Source of the DNA: Oikopleura dioica
Taxonomy: Eukaryota; Animalia; Chordata
NCBI GenBank assembly: GCA_907165135.1
Contig: OU015569.1
Span: 11,904,001-11,968,000, forward strand
Direction of reading: 5' to 3'
Length of the DNA: 64,000 bases
Shown: positions 1 to 11,749 of the stretch, in pieces
How the letters are laid out: each line of letters begins with the position of its first letter
How positions within the stretch are numbered: the stretch's first letter is position 1
Position numbers and translations under genes: made by a program
The notes under the pieces: model-generated
What the model saw: only the letters and a program-made list of their open reading frames with translations
The model's database searches: none
Told to the model about the DNA's origin: nothing

Positions 1-2052
1 TCTCTGGTCAAACCAGTAAGCGCTGTGGATGAAGCCGTTGGCTTGGACTACACTGACGGCAACGAGGTCACTTACATCAACACTCCGATGATCGACGAAG
101 ACAACGAAATGGAACTCATCCAGAAGCAGTACGAAAAGGCGGAGAAAAAACGAAAGAAATCGCTGGAAAAAGAAGCAAAAGAAGCCTCAGAGCAGCGAAT
201 GCGCCTTCCCCAAATTAAAAACATGACGGCAAAGTTGAAAACAGAGCTTCTGGAGAAAATCGCCACGAGTTGCGGCAAATGCGGAAACAGCGAACCGCTG
301 CTCGACATTCCGCAAAAAGACTACGACGTGCTCTTCCGGGAACACATGATGCAGGTGCACGGAGAAAAGGACGTCACCGCGCTGCAGAGCGAGTACGACG
401 CCGAAATGCTGCTCAAATACAAAAACGCCAAGACTAAAGTCGTCGACGGAAAGACGCGTTACATCTGCACCAAGTGTCCCGAGCCACTTTTGTCCTTTGA
501 AGCGTATAGAGATCACGCTCAGTGGCACGCAGAAATTGTTGAACGCGAAAAAAATTTCAGGAATGGATTTATTAGAATTACTTTCACAGTTTTTTATTTC
601 ATTTTTTCATCCAACGAAAAGTGCGAAGGAACAGACGTACCCCTGCTCGGAAGAAAACTGCCATAGTATTTTCACTAGCTTCTTGGGCGTCTGGAATCAC
701 ATGAAGGTCGTGCACCCGCGCTTCGTCTTCCCATGCCGAGTTTGCGACCAAGTCTCTCGCACCCAATTCGGAGTAAGTTCAGCATAGTGACACCTTTATT
801 TCATCCCTTTCTTCTCTGCTGGAGATGAAAAACATGCTCTGTTGATTTTTTTTTCAAAAAAAATTCACTCAAGAAAAAAAATCATCAAAGTATTTTCTTT
901 ATAAAAGCTTCATTTCAAAATTCATCTGTAAGACATAAAAATTGAATGAGCCATTTATATGTTCCAAAAACACTGGTCAAGAAATATCGTCTAAATTCAA
1001 GATCGGAGAGGAACAGTTGGGATCGACAAAATGAAATGAAAAGAGGGTTGAAAATGGTCAGAAATAATCATGTTTTATCAAGTTCCCTCCTTACCATTAT
1101 CCTTTTCTAGCGTCAGCAGCATTGGCACAAGTACCACTATGACGAGGGGACAATCAATGTCTGCGAAACTTGTGGCGAGTCCTTCACTTCTCAGTTCGCC
1201 CTCTACCATCACACCAAGCAACACCGCGCAAAGAAGAAGAAAGAGGAAGACGAAGAAAACGGCATCGGCAACTTGGCATGCGAGTTCTGTGGAAAAGTTT
1301 ACACGCGAAAGATGTCGCTCAGAAAACACATTGAAACTGTTCATGGAGAGCCTAAGTACAAGGTGACCGAAAAGAAACAAACTCTTCCTTATAAAACTGT
1401 CATTCTAGTGTCCATTGTGCCCAGCAAAGTTCCACCATCGCAAAAACATCCAACCACATTTATGTCGAGAGCACGGGGCGCCGCGTAAATTCGCCTGTGA
1501 GCTCTGCGGCCAACAGGTAAAAGAAAAGACAGATAGGATTGATGCTAGAGGTCTGTTCAGTTCATCCACGGAACGCACTACAAGAGGCACATGAAGCTGC
1601 ACGAAGAAAACCCGGGAAAAGTGCGGACGCCGAGGGCGAACCGCAGCGCCAACGGAGTCAACAGAAAGGACCAACTCAAGAAGGACGGGCAAAGCAGGCA
1701 AAAGCTGCCCACTTACGAGCCTGAGCCGATTTCGATCGCGACATTCGGGTTTAGAATCTTCCTTGATTACTGTTTCAAACGAGTTTTCGTGTATTTTCTT
1801 GGGTAATAATTCTGAGAAATTCTTTGAAATTCCGTTCTAAACCCGTCAAAAGTTCCCATCGAAGACGATGTCCAAGGAGAGCCCTCGACTTCTGCTCATC
1901 CACACGCCTCGGGCCCTATTTTCCCGCCCTTTCAACCCTTCGCCGGACAAAACCCAGACCCAAATGGGGGGCCCCAACAGCCGCCTTTTAACTACAACAA
2001 TTTTCACTCCATCCTGGGCAGCACTTATCTCAATCAAATGCTCAACAACTAG
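1..2052 (+). CDS. Multi-C2H2 zinc-finger protein, 5' end outside the window, about 6 exons
   Basis: Frame 1 is open from base 1. Spliced fingers include YICTKC..HAQWH, YPCSEENC..HMKVVH, CETCGESF..HTKQH, ACEFCGKVY..HIETVH and FACELCGQQ|F..HMKLH. A Pro/Asn-rich last exon (VPIEDDVQGEPST...QMLNN) ends at TAG 2052. Confidence 0.85.
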
Positions 2053-2296
2053 CCGTTTTTGTCCCTATTTTTTGCATTGAAATCCCAAAAGTCCAATTTT
2101 TAGTCTTTCACGGATATTTTTTATGAAACAGGCTTTTTCAAATAGCCCACCTGTAATTGATAAATCAAACTGATTGAAAATTTCATTGGAAGTCATATTT
2201 TTGAAAACTCAATCTCGCTTATGTATTTATTCCTCCCTTTTTTAATCATCAAAAACTCTTCAAAATCTCCATTTTTAACTACTCCTTGTTTATCAG

Positions 2297-2395
2297 AGCT
2301 CGCCAGCTTGTGTAGATACCCTGAGTCAGGGTCCTGAAGGAGCTTTAAGGTCAAGCAGGAGCCTACCTCAGGTTTTCAACACAGGTTGCCGAGCC
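2297..2395. mobile_element. MITE family A, short copy A1
   Basis: Degenerate TIRs gctcgccagcttgtgtagataccctgagtcagg ... cctacctcaggttttcaacacaggttgccgagcc. Confidence 0.75.
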
Positions 2396-2543
2396 AAGTT
2401 ATTCTCAAAAATGTTATTCATTTTATTTTCTTCTGAGTATTCACTCCTTTCTCTGCTGATTTTACTGCCAATCGACAAAATGCTGTTTTTGTCAATTTTT
2501 TTCATAAAAAGATGAAAAATATTGTTTCAGAAATTTCATCGAA

Positions 2544-3447
2544 ATGAAAATCATCGGCGCTGGATTGTGTCGAACTGGAACCATGTCAACGCGGAAATTT
2601 CTTGACGACAACGGCTTTGGTCCCTGTTATCACATGCAGGAATGCATCTTGCACGGGCACAGGTCGATTTGGGAATCAGTCTTTGAATCACAGGACTATC
2701 AGCCAGTCGATCATCTTCTAGGTAAATTTCCACCATTTTCGCCGACCCCAGATCATAGCTCATTCTCTTCTCCCTAAATTAACTCCAGTAATCCAACCCT
2801 TCTTTTTAGAAAGCTACAACTCCGGATTGGATCTTCCGTTCATCGCCTTATTCGAAGAAACGATGGAAAAGCATCCCGATGCTAAAGTAATACTGGGCGT
2901 CCGAGACAATCCACAAGTTTGGGTAAAGTCGTGGAGAGCCACTGTTGCAAAAATTTGCGAACTGCCGTTCTGGACGAATATTTGTTTGATGAGCGAGAAG
3001 CCGATTTCTGATATGGCTCAGTGCAACATGCAGCGCTTTCACAACTATTTCTGGAAAGTGGTGATCGAAAAAGGAAACTCGATTTCGGAAAAGAAAGTAG
3101 AAGTGAGGCCGACTTGGGAAATGACGGACGAGCAAATGGAACAAGTCTACTTGAATTGGAACGAATACGTCATTCGAACGGTGCCAAAGGAGAAACTGCT
3201 AATTTACAACATCAAGGAAGGAGTAGCGCCGCTAGAAAACTTCCTGGGTCTTTCGCTGCCGGAAAATTATACGATGCCCTTTGTAAACGATACGAAGCAG
3301 TTTGAACAACTGACAATCGCCGTCAAGGCATATTCCACAATTCAAATTATGGGATACTCCCTCTTCGCCGCCAGTTTAGTCACCAAGAGCAGAGGCCATT
3401 TAACGGGCGCCCTGACCTTAATTATTGGCTCGGTAAGAGAGATCTAA
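2544..3447 (+). CDS. P-loop sulfotransferase (Sulfotransfer_4 / Schistosoma SULT-OR-like), 2 exons
   Basis: MKIIGAGLCRTGTMS P-loop, GPCYHM, DLPF..., HPDAKVILGVRD..WVKSW, VIRTVPKEKLLIYNIKEG, MPFVND; GT-AG intron at about 2722-2809; hydrophobic C-terminal tail. Confidence 0.85.
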
Positions 3448-3561
3448 GGGGATCGTCATAAGAAACCGGGATCTTTCATCGGAATTTTCTCCTAGAATTA
3501 ACTTAAAAACGTGACATCCTTATTTTGTTTCGCGAAAATAATGAAACAAGGCTTTAGTTCA

Positions 3562-3681
3562 AGCCCGGCAACCTGTGGAGAAACCTGAGTCAGGTTTTAT
3601 CTCCTCAGGTAAAGAACTATTTATATTTAATCAATCTCTTTCAAGACCCTGACTCAGGTTTCAACCCAGGCTCCAGAGCCC
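3562..3681. mobile_element. MITE family A, short copy A2
   Basis: gcccggcaacctgtggagaaacctgagtcagg ... cctgactcaggtttcaacccaggctccagagcc. Confidence 0.75.
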
Positions 3682-4108
3682 AGGCGATACCTGTAACTTC
3701 CTTTTGTTGAAATAAATAAAGAATATGCCTCCTAAATCTAAAGAAAATAAAGATGAAAGATCCCGATTCATTATGCTCACTCCCTTAATTTAGAATAGCT
3801 AGAATTGACCGCTTCATTATTCAGCTTGGCGTGCACAGAATAGTCCAAAAGGCGAAGCTCTCCGACCCTGTAAATCCGTTTTCTTTCAAAGACCTGTTGC
3901 CCAAGTTTTGAAAAACAGAAACACTCTTCGTTGTTGTCGGCGCCAAATAAAACATAAAGTGCTACGCAGCGCAACGTCAGTGCAACGTGTCATGGCGCCT
4001 CTCCCGCTGGCGTCGAATTTGCCATTTTTTCTGCCTCTTCCGCCTTTTTTCTTTAAATTCTAATTACCACAACTAGTTTTTTCTCATTTTAGAGATAATA
4101 ACAAAAAA

Positions 4109-4708
4109 ATGAAGCTTGCCTCGATCTTCGCCGCTGTTCTTGGTTCAGCCAGCGCTCTTGACGAGCTCAAGATCGAAAAGACCCACGAAATCGCCGGTAA
4201 GTGATTGATACGCTTAATTTAATCGGGCAGACTACATTTATTCCAAAACGCAGGAACGGTACTAATTAAAATTCTCAGAAGCTGACTGCAAGCACAAGTC
4301 GCAGAAGGGAGACAAGCTCTCGATGCACTACACTGGCACTTTGATCGACGGAAAGAAGTTCGACTCCAGCCGGGACAGAAACCAACCCTTCCAGTTCACC
4401 CTCGGCGCTGGAATGGTCATCAAAGGATGGGACCAGGTACTTCGACTTCAATAACTTCAATTTTTTCTTCAAATTTTTTGCAATCCGCCCCAATTTTGCT
4501 TGACAATCTTGACTAGATCTTTTCCTTTTTGTTGAGCATTGATTTTCAGGGCCTTTTGGACATGTGCATCGGCGAAAAGCGAACACTGACGATCCCACCT
4601 CACTTGGGCTACGGCGACCGAGGAGCTGGAGGAGTCATCCCCGGCGGCGCCACCCTTCTCTTCGACGTCGAGCTGCTCAAAATCAAGCGAGGAAACGATG
4701 AACTCTAA
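4109..4708 (+). CDS. FKBP2: ER-luminal FKBP-type peptidyl-prolyl isomerase, 3 exons
   Basis: Signal peptide [16 protein letters not shown]; [23 protein letters not shown]|[32 protein letters not shown]; C-terminal NDEL-stop. Confidence 0.92.
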
Positions 4709-4979
4709 ACTCTTTGACAAACAAGAAATTATTAGTGCAATTCTTCCCACGACTATCGATTCTGTAGTTCAAAATACAAACTAAAAAGAAATATTTGAAA
4801 AAGGAGATCTCTTGAACATAGTTTAGAAGATTTTCTTTGGTTTTCGTCATCTACGTGGATGCAAGATAAAACCACCACGATATAATAACTGGGAGGTATG
4901 TATTTATTAGAAAGGTGAAGTTTGAAGATGTGTGGCAGTAAAGATGTGAACTATAAACATATTTTGATAATCTTCCCAG

Positions 4980-7900
4980 TTACTTTTTGTAGTCGATTTG
5001 TTCAGGCAATCCCTTTTCCCAACCCTGAGGGATATTGTGGCAGACAGGGATTAGCCCGTAGTTGACAGTTGCACCGGCGACGACATATGGCAGCTTGCAA
5101 GCTAAAAATTGGATAAAATTTGATGATAAACAAAGTTTATTCACCTCGTGAGCACTCGTTGATGAATCGGGAGAGGCACGGTCCTGTTTCTTTAGACGAG
5201 TTGCTCGCCGCGGAGAACCAGTCTTTGTACAAGCGTAACGTAAATCGGTCGATGTCTCTATCAGTAACGTCCCAGAGCATGCCCATTACTGATGAAGAGC
5301 CAGAGTTCAAGACACTGAATTAATTTTGATTTAGTTACCTTATATTTGCCATATATTTTCAAACTTACCATGTCACTGCACCCCTCGGCTCAGTTCGACC
5401 ATAATCGAGAAGTCTGCCGGAAGCACAGCCGATAAGATGCATGGTGCTTGTTACACCTTTTCTGGCCACACCTCCCCAGCCGCCAACGAAGTCGGAGCCG
5501 CTTCCATGCCCAGCAAAGACGTAGAGGTCGAATTTATTGAGTTTCTCAATCAACTCCCTTGAATTCGGAATGATGGAAACGTAGCCATCCCATTGCTGAA
5601 CGCTCTTGAAGAAGTTTCCAACTGTAGTGGCCGAAGTCGCTAGGTTGACGTGGTTGTCTACGACGTAGAGTAGATTTGAGATGTCTACTGACCGTTTGCT
5701 CGCCGGTTGTCGAAGGATGTACTCCGCGTGCCTCACAGAAAGCATCCTAGAAATACGCTATTCCAAACCTTCAAAGCAACAAGTTCTTACCTAGACATTA
5801 GAATTCCCTGACAAATAGGCATCCTTTCCATGGCGATCGATTGAACCACTCGTCCAAGGATGAGATATGTAGCGGTTGTCCGCTGATAATCCAACTCTGC
5901 AAAGACGTGGTTCTTTGCGAGATGGTCGAGATCCAGTTTATTCACTCCAACGAGTTCAGCGACATTCGTCCTGCCAAGAGTGTTCATATGAGACCAAGCC
6001 CGAATCGCATGGCTCAAAAAGTCGGCGTGAAGTGAGTTTTTGGGCTTGGGAACTGCATCGGTCCAAGTAATGCTTTCAGAGAATGTGAATAGAGCAAGAG
6101 CTGGACCAAGAACATCTAAAATGTCATATATAAAAAGCCAAAGTAAAGATATTTTACCTGGGAGAATGGACAGCACTAAATCCTTACAGTACTTTTCTCG
6201 TTTCTCGCGCACCTTCCACCATTTGGTAGGGTTTTTGACATCTTTGCCAATCTCTTCAGAAATCTTGTGACACATGTCGCGCATTTGCACAGCCTCCTTG
6301 GCAAATGCATGACCATCAAATCCGATCGAAATACATTTCCCGTTGGGCTCCAAACGAGTGATAAGTGCGAGGCAATTTTCGTATGTGCAGGATAATGTCT
6401 TCGAAAGAGCTGGAATCAAACTCACCAAGACGACGGTGTCCTTCAGTTCCTGTCGCAGGAAAGGAAACTCAATACTTATATTATCGGCCATGTCTTTGGC
6501 TTGTATCCAGTTCTCTTCCGGAACAAAGCTGACATTGTTGGACATGCGAGCATGAGCGTAGTACTGCGCCTCAAGAACTGCTCCAATGCCGTTGACATCA
6601 GTGTGAAGCGCGGCGAGCTTCGAAGAATTGCTCAAGACCATCGTGCTTTGCTGGGACACTTGTTCCTGGCGAAGAATCTGCCCTATGCGTAGATTGTAAA
6701 TCGCTCTGATGGTTTCCATGTCGCTGTTTTTCTTGGCGGTCGCGAGAGCTTCATCCAGGACTGCCTCTTCTGAAATATGCTTAGGCGGATCGCCTGCTCC
6801 AGTATGAGTACTGAAGATCGTGTTGATCTCAGACTCGATTGGAGAGACTGGTCGTGAACTGAAATTCTGGAGACGAACACCCTCCGTCTTATCTTTTTGG
6901 CTCGTTTTGATGGGAGACAGATCTGGAATATCACCCATCGGTACGACTCTCGCTTCTTCCTCAGGATCTTCAAAAATTGTGTCCCCGGCTTGATCTCCAT
7001 CAACGGCTTCTATTTTCATTCGACGAGCTGTAGCTCTCGTAATCCGAGTTGTTCGAGTGGCCGAAACGGGAGTTCGAGGCGTATAGTCAGCGTCTTTGAT
7101 TTCATTCTTGATTTTTGCCCTCTTTGGAGTTGCCAATGAAATCGCCGCGTCGTCATTGAATATTCGAAGCATGTCTTTCTTCCTTTTCTGTAGCTTCACA
7201 TTGACCGGTTTCATCGGAGTAATCGCTGGAGTTTGATCGCTAGTTGTTTTCACTCTACCCCGTCGGGCGGGCATCTTCACATTGCTGGTGTTGGCCATTT
7301 CTTGAAACGGGGCGGTTAGCTCAAGATTTTCTTTGTTTGCGTCGAAGGTTCTATTGTAAATGACGATTGCCACTTGCAATTTCGCGAATCGGCCGCACTT
7401 CTTTGGATTGACTTTCTCGGAGTTTCGGACAGGCTCGAGAGCAATTTTGACGTGCTCGACAGCGTCAGATGGTCTATCGAGTTCCGTCGCGCGAAGAACG
7501 ATGACGTATGCAAGCTCCAGGAGCAGCTGCGGTAGTTGATGACCAGCGATAGCGATCTCTTTAAAAAGGAACAGGCCAGCGTTGACAGCTCGAGTAGGAT
7601 CTGGATGAACACGGAAAAAAGTTGTAAGTGCAATAACATAGTTCCGCGCAACATCGAGATCAAGCTTGCCAATCTTAGGAAGAACTGGAAGTTGAAATGT
7701 GAAGGCTTCTGTTGTTTCCGTTTTCTTCATTATTTTCTCTGCCATTTGCGAGTTAAGTGAGTTCGCCTGTGCTTTTGCTTGAGGATTGACGTCGCGCATA
7801 AATGGGTTGTCCTCGTTGATATCGAAGACTTTTAAAAGCGCTGGAATTTCCTCTTCCCACTTGCTCGTTTGACCTTCAAGCTCCAGTGCTCGTATTTGGA

Positions 7901-10734
7901 GTGTCTTTGCCATTATGTTGACAGTCTGCAATCCCCAAATATCGGATAAAACAAGCAGCTCGTTGGAAAACATTCTCGCCTCGGTCGACATGCCTCGTTT
8001 GATGAGATCATCGATGAAGTCGACACTTATCCAGATGGTTTTCTCAAGCGCACGCAGGGTCGCAATCATTTCTCTTCCAATTTTCTGGACTTTCATTGAA
8101 CCCTCGGCCTTCCCCGAAGTAACGAAGATCGTTTTGTAGAATTGCCGATCGCATGCCCTCGACAGGAAAGTGATGATGAGTTGAAGAGCGTAACGAAGGC
8201 CGCTTGTTTGATTCGCAGTTATCATCGAGCCCACATGACCAAAGGCCTTGTCATGATAATCTGACCAGCCGGAAGATCCAGAGAGAGAGGTTTGTAACAT
8301 GATTCGGGTGATAGCCTCATCTATCCAACCAATGTAGCTCTTTTTTGTCTCTGGGATACCGTCCTGGAACATCATATAACCAAAAGCAAGATGTTTCTTA
8401 TCTTTCGAGGTCAACTCGCAAGCATTCGCTCGTTTCAGGGTCCAATGAATATCCTCGTCGTATTCGGGCTGAGTAGAGAAATAAGAATGCCGCCGCGCAA
8501 CCCAAAGTGACGATCCCAAGTCCATTACAAGATCACCGAGAAGCTCACTCACAGAAGCGATAATTTTAGTCTTCTGAAAATACCAGTCGACGAGGGCTGT
8601 AAGCAAGTCTTTCAGGACCCTATTCCCAGCTTCTCGTTTTCCAAGAATCAAAAGAAGTTGCGCCGCAATGTAGACCGTGTTGACATAGTTGCATACCTGC
8701 ATCTCAGAAGAAGTCTTCTTGAATTGAGTTTTGACTTTGATCTTGGATAATTTTTCAACGTCGAGTGTCGGGGGCTTCGAAGTGGCTTTTGCCATTTTCT
8801 CGCTCCACGCGACTTGAAGATCGCGTTGCCAAACGGACAGCATCTTCCAGACAGTGATGAGTTCGTCATCCTCATTTTTTATTATCGACGCAAGTTTTTT
8901 CGTCTCCTTCGGGAAGAATTCTCGCAGCTGAGCAATGACGAGTTTGAGTAGGTCTTGATCTTTTTCTGGAAGTTTTTCGACGTCTCCGAACTCAACAAGG
9001 GTGTCAACAATTAGCACAACGGGCTCAGTTTTGTCGGGGACGCCATACTCGCTCAGCGTGCTGATTAATATGCTCAAGAATCGGGCGCGTGATTTTTTCA
9101 CTACTCCGAACATATCGAAGAGCGAATTCTCGGAAAAACCACATCGTTTATAAGGCTGAGAAAAAAGTTGATTGAGAAATGCCTTCATGTAGACGATGTC
9201 CATTTTTGAGGGTTGACGGTTTTTACGAAGATCGATTTCCATCTCTCTGAAGATTGTCATGCTGTTCGAGTTTTTCCGGCTGCAAAGATTGTTTGTTTCG
9301 CAAGTAATGGCAAGCTCGTTGATTGTCAGTTCGATGAGATTCCAATGCTCCAGATTTGTGAAGTTGTCATCGTGTTTGGAAATCGAGTAGACGTACTTGA
9401 AGGAACCTCCAAGATTTTTGAGCCCGGTCTCGACGATCTCGCGCTGCTTCGTTTTATCAAGATCGTTTCGTTTAGCAATCGTCTGGAGTACTCGACAAAA
9501 GCTGTAGACAGAGAAGGCAGCATATTTGTGATGGTGTTTGAAGTTAGAACCTGTGAATTTACTTAAAGCTTCTGCCATGTTGCCTATCGATTCGTTGAGC
9601 GGAATAAGAACAGTCTCGAGAGCAAGGAGCACATTCGAGTCTTTTTCGGGCAGGGTGACGAGGTTTTCACAGATATTGTGACAGATTTGCGCGAAGCCGT
9701 AGATGATCTCCTGGATGTCGTTTTCAAAGATCCCGCTAGAAGGCGTGATGAACTTCGGAGTGAGATCTAAAATAAATGATTAAAAAGTAATTCTTACTAT
9801 TGAATCTTACATTTGCTCAGATATTTCATCAGTCGAGCCATGCAGACGAACTCGTGCTTTCTCCAGTTCTTGCCACTTGGAAAACGCTCGAAGATGTCCT
9901 GCTTGAATGCGCTCACGAACGCTGTCAATTCTTTGAAAGTTTCTCCGATCGGCGGTCCGAGGTGTTTTCTGTCGTCGAGGTCCATCATCTTTTTGTCGAG
10001 CGCTGGCACTTTGAATTTCTCGTCGATGAACTGTAAGAATTCGTTGATGAGACGGAGGCCGAGCCCAGGGACGCTTGATTGTTGGATAATGTCTTCGCGG
10101 AAGTCGTTGTAGAGCCGGCGACACTGTTGGTGAGTCGCCAACCACCAGGTGTGGAAGAACACGCGCAAAAACTGAAAAATATATTATTGAGATGATAGCT
10201 ACCTTAGAACCCTTTCTTCGAATGTCAAAACACGGGCGGTAACGGGTTCCCTATACCCCCGAAAAAATGGGTAGATTTTACATTCTAATTACTTACCCGA
10301 CTGTCCTGATTCGATTGTCTCCAACGCTCGAGCTTCAGCCACGCTTTTCGCCCGTCAATCCAAAGCTCATCATCCCGCGTCATCATCAAAGTTCTGTGAG
10401 CCGCTGTGCTGTAAAGATCCCACAGAAAGCCCTGTAAGCGAGCCTTGATGGTTGCCATTATGGAACTCGAATTTACAGAAATTATGGGAAAGAGTTCCAT
10501 TAGGTTATTTACGACCAAGGAAAGCTTTTTGTAGTCGACTGGGTTCTCCCTCTTTGCCGTCTCCTTCACATAGTTGAACTGCGTCTTAAAATTATTGTCA
10601 GACTTGATTTTTGACCACCAACATTCCACTAGAACTCTACTCTAAGCTTTCCTGCTTCCTGATCTTACCTTGAAGGCCGCGATAACATTGCCAGAAGCGA
10701 CCAGCTTCTCGTACTGAGCTTGGTCGTGGTCCAT
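4980..10734 (-). CDS. ESPL1: Separase (peptidase C50)
   Basis: Catalytic FDLYVFAGHGSG and MHLIGCASGRL; spliced C-terminus GMLWDVTDRDIDRF ... ACKLPYVVAGATVNYGL; very long helical N-terminal exon (5787-9632 ORF, which reads through a 42-nt in-frame intron at 6116-6157); ATG at 10734. Confidence 0.93.
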
Positions 10735-10743
10735 CGTTTTTCT

Positions 10744-11432
10744 CTAGTTCGACCTTCTCTTGCACGTGGGAATGCCCGGATTAGACACAAAAAGAAAGTC
10801 TCGACGAGCACACTGACGTGAAAGCCGAGAGAAGAAGAGATGTTTCGCGAGATAAAAAAAGATGAAAATTTTTGATAAAGTAAAGAAGCTTTTTTGTCCT
10901 TCGAGTAAGCTTCGATTCTTGCTGACGATCGTTTTTTGAACTGAAGTTATCGTCCATTCTTCAGATCTACAGGCTGGGCTTATTTGTGACGAGATAGCGG
11001 GGCCTTTGATAGCGGCCCTACGCCAGCATTATCGAAAATTCCTATTATCCGACCCACAGGTTGAATCATTCTGGATGTCGCTTATCGGAGGTTATTGCGC
11101 GCGCTTCAAATCAACAATGCTGGCGGATTAAAGGAATTTTGATAGAGGTTGCTCAGTCATTCTATCAGCGTTTCCTTATCTCGTCACAAATAAGAACAGC
11201 CTGTAACGTCTCCGAAAACATCTTGGCAAAAAATTTTTCCTTTTCCATTTTGAGAGATGACCTGCTCCCAAAGAGCACAACGATTATCATCAAACTCCAT
11301 TCTTTCGACGGACAAAATCAGCCTGTCCAAATCATCTCTGCTGGTCGTTCTCTTCAACTTCTTTCTAAAATCTTCCAACCATTTCTCAACAGCTGCTTTT
11401 GTCAACTCTTTTGGATGCGTCGTAATTAGCAT
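10744..11432 (-). CDS. Unknown protein of about 155 aa whose ORF is interrupted by a MITE that can be spliced out
   Basis: The ORF from ATG 11432 runs into the MITE. The frame continues beyond the MITE (SEEWTITSVQKTIVSKNRSLLEG...) to TAG 10744, either by clean excision or by GT(11187)-AG(10967) splicing. An acceptor-like tttttctttcgag precedes the ATG. Confidence 0.55.
10970..11203. mobile_element. 234-bp Tc1/mariner-type MITE with TA TSD
   Basis: TA-caggctgggcttatttgtgacgagata ... tatctcgtcacaaataagaacagcctg-TA: 27-bp TIR with 2 mismatches; TA at 10968-69 and 11204-05. Confidence 0.9.
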
Positions 11433-11712
11433 TGCTCGAAAGAAAAACAGTTAAAACAGCTCGAATCGCAGGCTTTATAATTGAAAGTCAAATATGGGGA
11501 CTTTCTGACAGTTTGAAGACTGCTACTCTATTTGCATGACATTTTAAACAGGAGATAATGAATCTCCAATACTCTCGTATCGCTAATATTACACGCTGGG
11601 AATTTCTCCTGAAATTGTTTATTTTTTTCCAGGTCGCAGTAAAACTTGAAGTCCGTGAAAAATCGTCTCGGCTTTGGCCTACTTGCAAAGGATGAGTGCT
11701 TCTGTTCCGCTT

Positions 11713-11720
11713 TATAAAAG
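11713..11720 (+). promoter_or_regulatory. TATA box of the serine protease gene
   Basis: TATAAAAG about 37 nt upstream of ATG 11750. Confidence 0.5.
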
Positions 11721-11749
11721 CACCTTCAAGGTTCAAATTCGAAAAAATA

